From an uncultured virus (IMG/VR IMGVR_UViG_3300043473_000028) (lineage: Duplodnaviria; Heunggongvirae; Uroviricota; Caudoviricetes): 64,000 bases of DNA. Below, one piece after another: positions 54,495 through 62,904 of this stretch. Location: the IMG/VR virus record IMGVR_UViG_3300043473_000028, one strand, 5' to 3'. A program made the translations under genes and the position numbers. The notes beneath the pieces are model-generated. The model did not search any database, was not told the origin of the DNA, and saw only the letters and a program-made list of their open reading frames with translations. How positions within the stretch are numbered: position 1 is the stretch's first letter; each line of letters starts with the position of its first letter.

Positions 54495-54967
54495 GCGGCA
54501 ATTTCACCGCCAGCGTTGAGCAGTGGGTGATTGAGACACAGGCGTTCATTGAAGCCGTGATCAAAGAAAGCACGCAAGAGGTTGTGCGCCTGATGAAGGT
54601 GCCGGTCAGCGGTGGCGGCAACATGCCGGTGGACACCAGCTTCTTGCAGAACAGTCTGGTGGGTGTTGAGGGCACGATGATCCCGCCCATGGACCCCACC
54701 AAGGTGGGCAACGGCATGGCACCTGAGGTGGCCAACGGCGCGGCGATAGAGGCGCTGATCGCCAACTGGGTGCCGGGGATGAGCATGTCATTCGGCTTCA
54801 TCGCCATTTACGCGGCGCGCCAGAATTATGGCTTCAGCGGCACGGACAGCTTGGGGCGCAATTATAACCAGCCGGGCAGGCACTTTGTAGAACTGGCCGT
54901 GCAGCAATGGCCAACCATCGTTGAAACCAACCAGAGGCGGCTGGCGGCCCAGCTTGCGTACGTCTGA
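54491..54967 (+). CDS. HK97 gp10-like tail completion protein
   Basis: MPVDTSFLQNS, YAARQNYG, FVELAVQQWPTIV. Confidence 0.8.
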   Translation: MSGNFTASVEQWVIETQAFIEAVIKESTQEVVRLMKVPVSGGGNMPVDTSFLQNSLVGVEGTMIPPMDPTKVGNGMAPEVANGAAIEALIANWVPGMSMSFGFIAIYAARQNYGFSGTDSLGRNYNQPGRHFVELAVQQWPTIVETNQRRLAAQLAYV

Positions 54968-55407
54968 TGGTGGCGCTGCACCCAGAGGCACGCATTCTTG
55001 AGGCCCTGATGGGCTTCTTGGCGCAGTGGCAATTGAGTGAGGGCGTGAACAACTGGCCGGTGGTATGGTCAAACGTGAAGTACCCGGTTGAGGGCCAGCC
55101 CAAGGCGGCGCAATACGTGGTGGTGACGTTCTCACCGGGTGCCCCGCAACAGGTGGTTGTGGATAGTGCCGATGAGAACAAGCACATGGGCATCCTAGGC
55201 GTCAGCATCATGACCATGCTGAATGGCGGCGAATATAAGCCGCAAGAGATTGGTGGTTCACTTGCCCAGTTCTTTCACGGGCAGGTGCTTACCTCAGGCA
55301 GCACACAGGTGCGCATCACAGCGCGCCCGCGCGTAGCCGGGGGATATGTAGACGGCGACCGCTGGCGTACGCCAGTGACTGTGCCGTTTGAGACGGTGGC
55401 AGTATAG
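54967..55407 (+). CDS. Tail terminator-like protein
   Basis: Position before tail tube; VWSNVKY...GILGVSI...WRTPVTVPF. Confidence 0.7.
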   Translation: MVALHPEARILEALMGFLAQWQLSEGVNNWPVVWSNVKYPVEGQPKAAQYVVVTFSPGAPQQVVVDSADENKHMGILGVSIMTMLNGGEYKPQEIGGSLAQFFHGQVLTSGSTQVRITARPRVAGGYVDGDRWRTPVTVPFETVAV

Positions 55408-55423
55408 GTAGAAAGGAACCCCT

Positions 55424-55903
55424 ATGGCTCTTTACCCAGTTGCCGGTTGCAAGTTTTACATCAGCAATGCGGCTTTCCCAGAACAACCAGATGACGTTGA
55501 CAGTGCAGATTTTACCGGCGTGGTCTGGACTGAGTGCAAGAAATGGACGCAGATGGGCACATTCGGTGACAGTGCCCAACTGATCACCACTGACCTGATT
55601 GGTGAAGGCCGCACCAAAAAGCAGAAGGGCACCAAGAACGCTGGTTCAATGGCCAACGTCTTTGCCTTTGACAGCAGTGACAGCGGCCAGACCAAGCTGG
55701 TGGCGGCGGCCCAGAGCTACAACAACTACGCCTTCAAGGTTGAGTTGAACGATAAGGTTGGGGCACAGGTCAACAACAGCGTCAGGGAATTTTATGGGCT
55801 GGTGATGACCGCGCAACAGGTGGGCGGCGGGGCCAACACGGTGCAGACCCTGAACGCCACCGTGGAAATCAACAGCAACATCGTTTCCATTGCAGCGGCG
55901 TAA
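55424..55903 (+). CDS. Tail tube (major tail) protein, copy A
   Basis: MALYPVAGCKFYI...GRTKKQKGTKNAGSM...VEINSNIV. Confidence 0.85.
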   Translation: MALYPVAGCKFYISNAAFPEQPDDVDSADFTGVVWTECKKWTQMGTFGDSAQLITTDLIGEGRTKKQKGTKNAGSMANVFAFDSSDSGQTKLVAAAQSYNNYAFKVELNDKVGAQVNNSVREFYGLVMTAQQVGGGANTVQTLNATVEINSNIVSIAAA

Positions 55904-55927
55904 GGGCCGTTAGAGAGGTAGACCACC

Positions 55928-56401
55928 ATGGCACTTTACCCGGTAGCTGGCTGCAAGTTCTACATCAGCACCAACCCGTTTGCTGAACTGCCGATTGACG
56001 CAGTGGCGGCAGACTACACCTCAGTTGTCTGGCTTGAGGTGAAGAAATGGACGCAGATGGGCACCTTTGGTGACAGCAGCCAATTGATCAACACCGACCT
56101 GATCGGTGAGGGGCGCACCAAGAAACAGAAGGGCACCAAGAACGCTGGCAGCATGGCCAACGTGTTTGCCAATGACAGCACCGACCCCGGCCAGATCAAG
56201 GTGGTGGCGGCCAGCCAGAGCTACAGCAGCTATGCGTTCAAGGTTGAGTTGAACGACAAGCTGACCACCGTCAACAGCACGCGGCTGATGTACGGTCTGG
56301 TGATGACGGCGCAGAACGTTGGCGGTGGGGCCAACACCGTGCAGACGCTGAACGCCACTGTTGAAATCAACAGCAATATCGTGACTACCGCCCCCAGCTA
56401 A
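55928..56401 (+). CDS. Tail tube (major tail) protein, copy B
   Basis: Closely similar paralogue of copy A with its own SD. Confidence 0.85.
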   Translation: MALYPVAGCKFYISTNPFAELPIDAVAADYTSVVWLEVKKWTQMGTFGDSSQLINTDLIGEGRTKKQKGTKNAGSMANVFANDSTDPGQIKVVAASQSYSSYAFKVELNDKLTTVNSTRLMYGLVMTAQNVGGGANTVQTLNATVEINSNIVTTAPS

Positions 56402-56431
56402 TTGGTGGCGTTTCTGAGGGAGTACTAGAAC

Positions 56432-56857
56432 GTGAATGATGTAGCAGGTTTTGACCTATCGCAGTATGACGCCCTGCAAGAAGCGCAAGAGGCAGGCGTT
56501 GAGATTGAAATACGTGACCCCAACGGCAAGAAGCTGGGCATCACCATCCGGGTTGCAGGGCCTGACAGCGCGCGCCAGCGCAAGGCCATAGAGAAGATGG
56601 CGGCTGACCGGCTGGCGTCTGATGACCCCACCCCGCTCAGCCCGGCAGAGCTTTTTGACCGGCAGACACGCGGGCTGGCGTTTGCCACGCTTAGCTGGAA
56701 CCAGTTCAAGCTGGACGGCGGCATCTATGAGTTGAGTGAAGACAGTGCGTACAAGCTCTACAGCCGCTTTCCGTTCATACGGGATCAGGTGGCAGAAAAG
56801 GCGGGCCGCCGGTCAGCTTTTTTCACGCTCTTGACTACCGATGCAGACACGCCGTAG
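56432..56857 (+). CDS. Tail assembly chaperone (gpG-like)
   Basis: GITIRVAGPDS...LYSRFPFIRDQV...SAFF; lies between tube and TMP. Confidence 0.85.
   Translation: MNDVAGFDLSQYDALQEAQEAGVEIEIRDPNGKKLGITIRVAGPDSARQRKAIEKMAADRLASDDPTPLSPAELFDRQTRGLAFATLSWNQFKLDGGIYELSEDSAYKLYSRFPFIRDQVAEKAGRRSAFFTLLTTDADTP
56818..56824 (+). other. -1 ribosomal frameshift slippery site T-TTT-TTC
   Basis: In-frame GCT TTT TTC; the -1 frame stays open to 57219. Confidence 0.8.
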
Positions 56858-57219
56858 AGGAGTGGGTTGCCGGGCGCAGACCGGTATTTCCAGAGGTAGC
56901 TGATCACATATTCGGTTACTTCTTAGAACTGTGCTGGACGCGGCGGCCCGGCTATGCGGGGCCGCTTAGTCTTGAGTACCAAGAGATTGATGCGTGGTGC
57001 CGCCTGACCCGGCGCACCCTAGGCCAGTTAGAACTGAAGCTGCTGTTGGCAATGGATGCCGCTTACGTGCACGCACTCAACAAAAAATCTGACAAGTCGG
57101 ATGGTGGCGTTGACACCATTGACACTGAAGAAATCGGCATGACGCCTGAGCTGTTTGACGCGCTGTTTGTTGCCGGTAGCAACGACAACGTGCTGCTGAG
57201 GAAAGAACCTGATGGCTGA
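56821..57219 (+). CDS. Tail assembly chaperone C-terminal extension (gpGT-like, via -1 frameshift)
   Basis: Hand translation: ...HIFGYFLELCWTRRPGYAGPLSLEYQEIDAWCRLT...ELKLLLAMDAAY...; absent from the ORF track. Confidence 0.8.
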   Translation, partial: FHALDYRCRHAVEEWVAGRRPVFPEVADHIFGYFLELCWTRRPGYAGPLSLEYQEIDAWCRLTRRTLGQLELKLLLAMDAAYVHALNKKSDKSDGGVDTIDTEEIGMTPELFDALFVAGSNDNVLLRKEPDG

Positions 57220-60200
57220 GCTTGGCGTAACCATCAACACCAGCACCATACCGGCGTCAATCACTGACCTGAACGCAGTGATCCCGGCTGTGGCGGGCGT
57301 TGAGACAGCCGTCACCAAGATGGTGCAGAGCACCACCCAGCAGTTTCAGCAGGGTGGCACGGCGGCCAACGAATATGCCCAGAAAATGCAGGACGCCATG
57401 CAGCGCCAGAGCGGCGGCGCGGCGGTAGGCCCCAGCTTTGACTTCAACAAGATGCAGGCGGCCATGCCGGGCATTGAGAAGCTGGGGCGTGAGCTAGACC
57501 AACTGCGTATGAAGTATGTGCCGCTGGCGGCTGCTGAGGCCCAGCACGCGCAGGCGCTGGCTGAGATAACGCGGGCCAACCAGTTGGGCGCGCTGAGCGC
57601 GGTTGAGATGGCTGCGGCCATTGACCGGCAGACCGCAGCCTTTGCGCGCCAGCAGGCGGCGGCCAAGGCAGCGGCGACGGCGCAGGGCGGGCACGGCGGC
57701 GCAGCCAACCAAGACCCCGGCCAGCGCATGATGCAGACCAACATGATGTACCAGTTTCAGGACATCGCGGTCACCGCAGCCATGGGTATGAGCCCGGCCA
57801 TGATCGCCCTGCAACAGGGCTCACAGATGGCTATGAACTTTGCCGGGGCCGGGGGCATCACGGCGGGCCTGAAGGGCATGGCCAGCGGCCTGATGGGCAT
57901 GCTGCAACCGATGACGCTGTTGCCCATGCTGATCGTGGGCGTGGGCGCGGCCATGTTCCAGTGGCTGAGCGGCAGCGGTGAGAAGGTCAAGACGCTAGAC
58001 GAATCTATGAAAGACCACCTGAAGACGGTGGACGCCATGGCCAAGATGTACGGCGTGGCGGCGCAGAGCGCGGCTGACTTCACCAAGGTGCCTGAAATCA
58101 CTGCGGCTGAGGCGCGCAAGAATACAGAGGATATGGCGCTGAAGTCCCGTAATGCGGGCTATGACTTGTTTGGCGTGCCCACCGACAAAAAGGCATTTTT
58201 CAGGTGGGACCAGTTTCAAGAGGGGCCGCTTGGCTCAGGTGGTGGCGGTGCCAAGCCCACCTTTGAGGTGGACCCCAAGTTCAAGGACTTTGAAACCCAG
58301 ATCAAGGCCCTGCAACAGGGCGTCAAGATGGGGCGGCCTGACTGGGATACTTTTGTCAATCAGGTTGACGCCATAGGTGACCAAGAGCCGCGTCTGCGCA
58401 CGATTGCAGACATCATATTGCTGCTGGCCAAGAACGGTGCTGAGGCCAGCAATGCCCTAGGCATGACCTATGAGAAGCTGCTGGCCATCGCCAAGGTTGA
58501 CCAAGACCTACAGATCGCCCGCGCCAACGCCCGCACCGATGATGAGCGCGTGGATGCTGTCAGGGATATCGCTGAATGGGAAAACCGTGCCGCCAAAGGC
58601 GTCAGTGAGGCGGCGCGTGAAGCGGCGGTGCAGTTGGCTATTGAGAAGGAGCGGGCCAACATTGCCCGTGAGCGGCGTGACTTCTTGGATGGCCAGCAGA
58701 AGGCCATGAATGATCTCATTGCCAAGGAACAGTTTGAAATCGGCATCATGGGTGAAGGCACCACCGCGCAGAAGGTGAAGCGTGAGGCGTTTGATAAAAT
58801 AGCCGAAATTCAAGAAAAGATGCGCAATGCCAGCGCCGATGAGCTTTGGCAATACGAAGAAATGATAAAGCGCGTAAAGGAATGGGCGGCGGCGTATCTT
58901 GGCCTGCTCAAGATACAGGATGACTTTGCGCTTGGTCAGAAAGAAGTAGCTTTTCAGGCTGAGATAAACGCCATGAAGGCGCGCACCAACGCTGAGCGCA
59001 TCGCGGCGGCGGGCGATGTGGCCGGGGCGGGCAAACCGCAGGACGCCAACACTGAGCAAGAGAAGGATCACGCGCGCAGGCGCACTGAGGCCCAAATTGA
59101 AAAAGAGATGGCCGACGCCACGCGTGACCGGCATGAGGCGCTTGACGATCTGGTGAATAGCTCACGGCTTGAGCTTGAACTGATCGGCAAGACCAACTCT
59201 GAGCAGCAAGCCCTGCGCAAGGAATATGAACTGGTCTTGGCGCTCAAGAAGGATGCCGCTGAGCGCGGCATTGACGTGAGCCAGACAGAGCTTGACCTGA
59301 TCCACAAGCAGGTTGAGGCGTGGCGGCTGTTGAATGAGGAAATCAGCAGAAAGAAGCTGAATGAAGACTTGGCGTTTGACCGCTCACTCATGAACATGAG
59401 CGAAGAGGATGCCGCCATAGCACGCCGCCTGCGCGGCACCGGCCTTGGGCTTGACAGCCCTGAGGCAGGTGAGATGCGCAGCCAGAACCGTGAAGAGGAA
59501 ATACGCGGCTTTGCCCGCGACACCGCCAAAGACTTTCTGGGCAGCTTTGCCGACGTGCTGACCAGCGGCGGCGATGACATGGGTGAGGCGCTGGTCAAGG
59601 CCATGGTGGGGGCCGCCAACCGCACGCTGGACAAGATCATAGACCGCCTGCTGGATGACCTGATCAACACGCTGCTGTTTGGGCAGGGTGGTGGGGTAGG
59701 CGGCGGCGGCAGCGGTGGCCTGATAGGGGCGCTGCTGGGCACTGGCGGCGGTGGCGGCGGCGGCGCGGCCAACCAGAACAGCCCCGTCAGCGGCGTCTTG
59801 TCCGATCTGGTGGGCAGCATCAAGACGGGTCTGGGCGGTGACAGCGGCGGCATGGTCAACACTGGTGGCGGTGGCGGCGGCTCAATTTCTACTGGTGACG
59901 TGGCCAAGCAGGTGTGGACCCACTTCAAGAATGAGGGCCTGCCCGATTTCCAAGTAGCGGCCATCATGGGCCACGTGCAGGCTGAAAGCGGGTTCAGGCC
60001 CGGCATAGCCGGTGACAGCGGCAATGCGCTGGGTCTGTTTCAATGGAATGACCGCTCTGCCGCCATGAAGGCATATGTGGGCCCTGACTGGAAGACTGAC
60101 GTGCAGGGCCAGCTAGATTTTGCCTCACATGAATTGCACGGCAGTGAAAGCACGGCGTGGGGCGCGCTGCGGGGCTCAACCAACCTGCGTCAGGCAACCG

Positions 60201-61018
60201 GGGCGTTTGGCGGCTATGAGCGGGCGCAAGGCTTCTCATGGAACAACCCTGAGAGCATCCACAACTGGTCTGGCCGCTATGGCAACGCGCAGGCCGCGTT
60301 CAACAGGTATGGTGGCAGCGGCGACACCGCCGTAGAAGACATGACCAAGGCCACAGTCAAGGCCACTGAGGCCACAGCCAAGACCACAGACGCAATGGTT
60401 GACGCCACGCGGGCCACCAAGGCGGCGGCGGACAGCGTGGGTGACATGAGCAGCAGCGCGGCCAAGGCGGCTGAGGCGCTGACCAAATTTCCAGCCGCAC
60501 CGTCTGGTGGTGGCGGTGGTGGCGCTGGTGGCTGGCTCAGCAGCCTGCTTGGCGGCCTTGGCGGCGGCGCATCCCATGCTGAGATGTGGGAAATCTCACC
60601 GGCCGCCACAGCGGCAATTGAGGGCGGCACGGGCGGCCTGTACCATGAGGGCAACGTGGGCGTCAGCAGCCGCGTCTCACGCCACTTCAGCAGCATGGCA
60701 CCATGGCGCAATGCCCCCCGGCTGCACGGCGGCAACATGTTTGCGGCCGATGAATATCCGGCAGTGCTGAAGCAAGGTGAGCCAGTATTCCCATCTATGG
60801 CGGCGGCACAGGCTACGCTGGGCGGCAAGATGTTCGTCAACGTGCACAACTATGCTGGTGCCAACGTCAAGACCAAGCAGAAGGAACACAGTGACGGCGT
60901 GACCATGGACCTGATCATTGATCGCATGCAGGCCAGCAACATTGACCAGCGCGGCTCAGCAACCAACAATGCTATGCGCGGCAAGTTTGGCCTGCAAGAG
61001 CGCATGAAGATGAGGTGA
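57212..61018 (+). CDS. Tape measure protein with embedded phage tail lysozyme-like domain
   Basis: QFQDIAVTAAMGMSPAMIALQQGSQ; long helical region; AAIMGHVQAESGF...GLFQWNDR...QLDFASHEL; DEYPAVLKQGEPV. Confidence 0.9.
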   Translation: MAELGVTINTSTIPASITDLNAVIPAVAGVETAVTKMVQSTTQQFQQGGTAANEYAQKMQDAMQRQSGGAAVGPSFDFNKMQAAMPGIEKLGRELDQLRMKYVPLAAAEAQHAQALAEITRANQLGALSAVEMAAAIDRQTAAFARQQAAAKAAATAQGGHGGAANQDPGQRMMQTNMMYQFQDIAVTAAMGMSPAMIALQQGSQMAMNFAGAGGITAGLKGMASGLMGMLQPMTLLPMLIVGVGAAMFQWLSGSGEKVKTLDESMKDHLKTVDAMAKMYGVAAQSAADFTKVPEITAAEARKNTEDMALKSRNAGYDLFGVPTDKKAFFRWDQFQEGPLGSGGGGAKPTFEVDPKFKDFETQIKALQQGVKMGRPDWDTFVNQVDAIGDQEPRLRTIADIILLLAKNGAEASNALGMTYEKLLAIAKVDQDLQIARANARTDDERVDAVRDIAEWENRAAKGVSEAAREAAVQLAIEKERANIARERRDFLDGQQKAMNDLIAKEQFEIGIMGEGTTAQKVKREAFDKIAEIQEKMRNASADELWQYEEMIKRVKEWAAAYLGLLKIQDDFALGQKEVAFQAEINAMKARTNAERIAAAGDVAGAGKPQDANTEQEKDHARRRTEAQIEKEMADATRDRHEALDDLVNSSRLELELIGKTNSEQQALRKEYELVLALKKDAAERGIDVSQTELDLIHKQVEAWRLLNEEISRKKLNEDLAFDRSLMNMSEEDAAIARRLRGTGLGLDSPEAGEMRSQNREEEIRGFARDTAKDFLGSFADVLTSGGDDMGEALVKAMVGAANRTLDKIIDRLLDDLINTLLFGQGGGVGGGGSGGLIGALLGTGGGGGGGAANQNSPVSGVLSDLVGSIKTGLGGDSGGMVNTGGGGGGSISTGDVAKQVWTHFKNEGLPDFQVAAIMGHVQAESGFRPGIAGDSGNALGLFQWNDRSAAMKAYVGPDWKTDVQGQLDFASHELHGSESTAWGALRGSTNLRQATGAFGGYERAQGFSWNNPESIHNWSGRYGNAQAAFNRYGGSGDTAVEDMTKATVKATEATAKTTDAMVDATRATKAAADSVGDMSSSAAKAAEALTKFPAAPSGGGGGGAGGWLSSLLGGLGGGASHAEMWEISPAATAAIEGGTGGLYHEGNVGVSSRVSRHFSSMAPWRNAPRLHGGNMFAADEYPAVLKQGEPVFPSMAAAQATLGGKMFVNVHNYAGANVKTKQKEHSDGVTMDLIIDRMQASNIDQRGSATNNAMRGKFGLQERMKMR

Positions 61019-61022
61019 GCCC

Positions 61023-61985
61023 ATGCCGATGCTCTGGCCTGAGAGCCTGCCACAGCAGTTTCACGCTGACGGCTACCAAGACGCCTTTGCAGACAACCGT
61101 CTGGCCACCAACCCTGAGCTTGGCCCGGCGCTGATACGCTCACGCGTCAGCAGCATGCCGCGCAGGGTGGCGGGCGTCATGCACATGAGCAAGGCGCAGT
61201 TGAACACGCTGCGCTATTTCTGGCGCACCAGCACGCTTGAGGGCAAGCTGCCGTTCAACTTTCCAGACCCGATGTTTGGCACGGCATGGCGCAAAAACCA
61301 CCTGCCACAGAGCCACACGGGCGGCGCGGTGGCGGGCACGCCCGGCACGCTGCCCACCGGCTGGTCTGGCGTGGGCACAACCTACGGCATCACCAAGAGC
61401 GTCTATGAGGTGGGCGTTGAGGCCGGGCGCGGCTACGTGGACATCCGCTACAGCGGCATACCCACCGCGCCGCCTGTGACGCCGCCAGCGGTGCCGTCAA
61501 CCATCGCCCCGGCTGAGATACTTTTTCACAACCCGCAGATCACCGCCGCCAGCGGCCAGAAATGGACGGCCAGCATTCACGCCCGGCTGGTGGGCGGCAC
61601 GCTGGACAATATTCCGTACGTCAGGCTGGTGCAGTATGACCACCCGGTGACCGTGGGCGTGGCCGTCAACTTTGTTGACCAGTTGGACAGTGACGCGCTG
61701 GCGCTTCAGCGCTACCAGCAGACCATCACCTTGCCTGCGGCGGGCGTCACCGGCACGTGGATGCGCTTTCAGATTTACGGCACCGTGGCCAAATCCATAG
61801 ACGCCATCATCAGGCTGGCGTGGCCGCAGCTTGAGCGGCACGACAAGGCCACCGCCTACATGCAAACCCCAAACGAATACAACCCCATCGCCCGCTTTGC
61901 GGCTGGCGGGTCACCGCCGCAGCCCAGTCATTTGGGTGGTGACCGCTACGCCGTGATGATGGAGATTGAGATTTTTGAGCTATGA
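61023..61985 (+). CDS. Distal tail-like protein with an inserted beta-sandwich domain
   Basis: WPESLPQ..GY...GPALIRSR...PFNFPDP core interrupted by a ~200-aa insertion. Confidence 0.7.
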   Translation: MPMLWPESLPQQFHADGYQDAFADNRLATNPELGPALIRSRVSSMPRRVAGVMHMSKAQLNTLRYFWRTSTLEGKLPFNFPDPMFGTAWRKNHLPQSHTGGAVAGTPGTLPTGWSGVGTTYGITKSVYEVGVEAGRGYVDIRYSGIPTAPPVTPPAVPSTIAPAEILFHNPQITAASGQKWTASIHARLVGGTLDNIPYVRLVQYDHPVTVGVAVNFVDQLDSDALALQRYQQTITLPAAGVTGTWMRFQIYGTVAKSIDAIIRLAWPQLERHDKATAYMQTPNEYNPIARFAAGGSPPQPSHLGGDRYAVMMEIEIFEL

Positions 61986-62494
61986 GCAAGTCAACCGTCA
62001 GCCTCAACTTCAGAACCCAGTTGTATTTGCAGGAAAGTAATGAGGTGCCCATCTGCCTGCTCACCATGCGGCACCCCGACACCACTGAAGTGCTGTACCT
62101 GAGCGGCGACAACACCAAGCTGCTGGACAGTGAGCCTGAACTGATCTGGGGCACCGTCAGCCGCAGCAAGACCTACATCTACAAGCCCATGAGCCTGCGC
62201 CTGCCCAGCGACGTGGCAGACCGGCCCCCCCGGATGCACCTGATGGTAGAAAACGTCACCGGCAGCATGGTGGCGTTCTGCGCCAGTATGATCCAGCGCG
62301 GCACCTGCGACATTGACATCGTGACGGCATCGCAGCCCGATCTGGTGCAGATACCGTTCCCCATAATGGATGTCCGGGGGTACACGCGCAACTCTGACAT
62401 CGTGACGTTTGATATCGGTCTGGACGCGGCTGAGGATGAGCCTATCCCTGCCGGGCTGTTCACGCCTGCGGGTTTCCCCGGTATGTTTGCATGA
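61982..62494 (+). CDS. Tail tip/hub protein (DUF1833-like)
   Basis: LLTMRHP, PMSLRLPSD, EPIPAGLFTPAGFPGMF. Confidence 0.75.
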   Translation: MSKSTVSLNFRTQLYLQESNEVPICLLTMRHPDTTEVLYLSGDNTKLLDSEPELIWGTVSRSKTYIYKPMSLRLPSDVADRPPRMHLMVENVTGSMVAFCASMIQRGTCDIDIVTASQPDLVQIPFPIMDVRGYTRNSDIVTFDIGLDAAEDEPIPAGLFTPAGFPGMFA

Positions 62495-62904
62495 AGCCAG
62501 CGCTGACAGCCCGTGATTTTGAGCATTACGTGGGCACCCCGTGGCTTGACGGCGGGCGCACGCACGCGGGCACGGATTGCTGGGGGTTGGCGCGGCTGGT
62601 CTACCGTGAGATGCTGGGCATAGAGCTACCCGCCTACAGTGAAGACTACACGACCGCCCTTGACCGCATCATCATCAGGCGGCTGATTGACAACAAGCCA
62701 GACTACTGGATCAAGGTTGATGACCCGCAGGTGGGTGACGGCGTGGTGTTTCACGTGGGTACGCGCGCCCACCTTGGCGTGGTGGTGGGCAGCGGGCGTA
62801 TGCTGCACATTGACCGATCCGGGGCGGTGATTGAGAGCTATGAGAGCCTGCGTTACAGCACTCAGATAGACGGGTTCTACCGCTACAATGATGAAGCCGC
62901 TTGA
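62491..62904 (+). CDS. NlpC/P60 family tail-associated peptidase
   Basis: YVGTPW..GGR..GTDCWGL...HLGVVVG..MLH. Confidence 0.9.
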   Translation: MKPALTARDFEHYVGTPWLDGGRTHAGTDCWGLARLVYREMLGIELPAYSEDYTTALDRIIIRRLIDNKPDYWIKVDDPQVGDGVVFHVGTRAHLGVVVGSGRMLHIDRSGAVIESYESLRYSTQIDGFYRYNDEAA

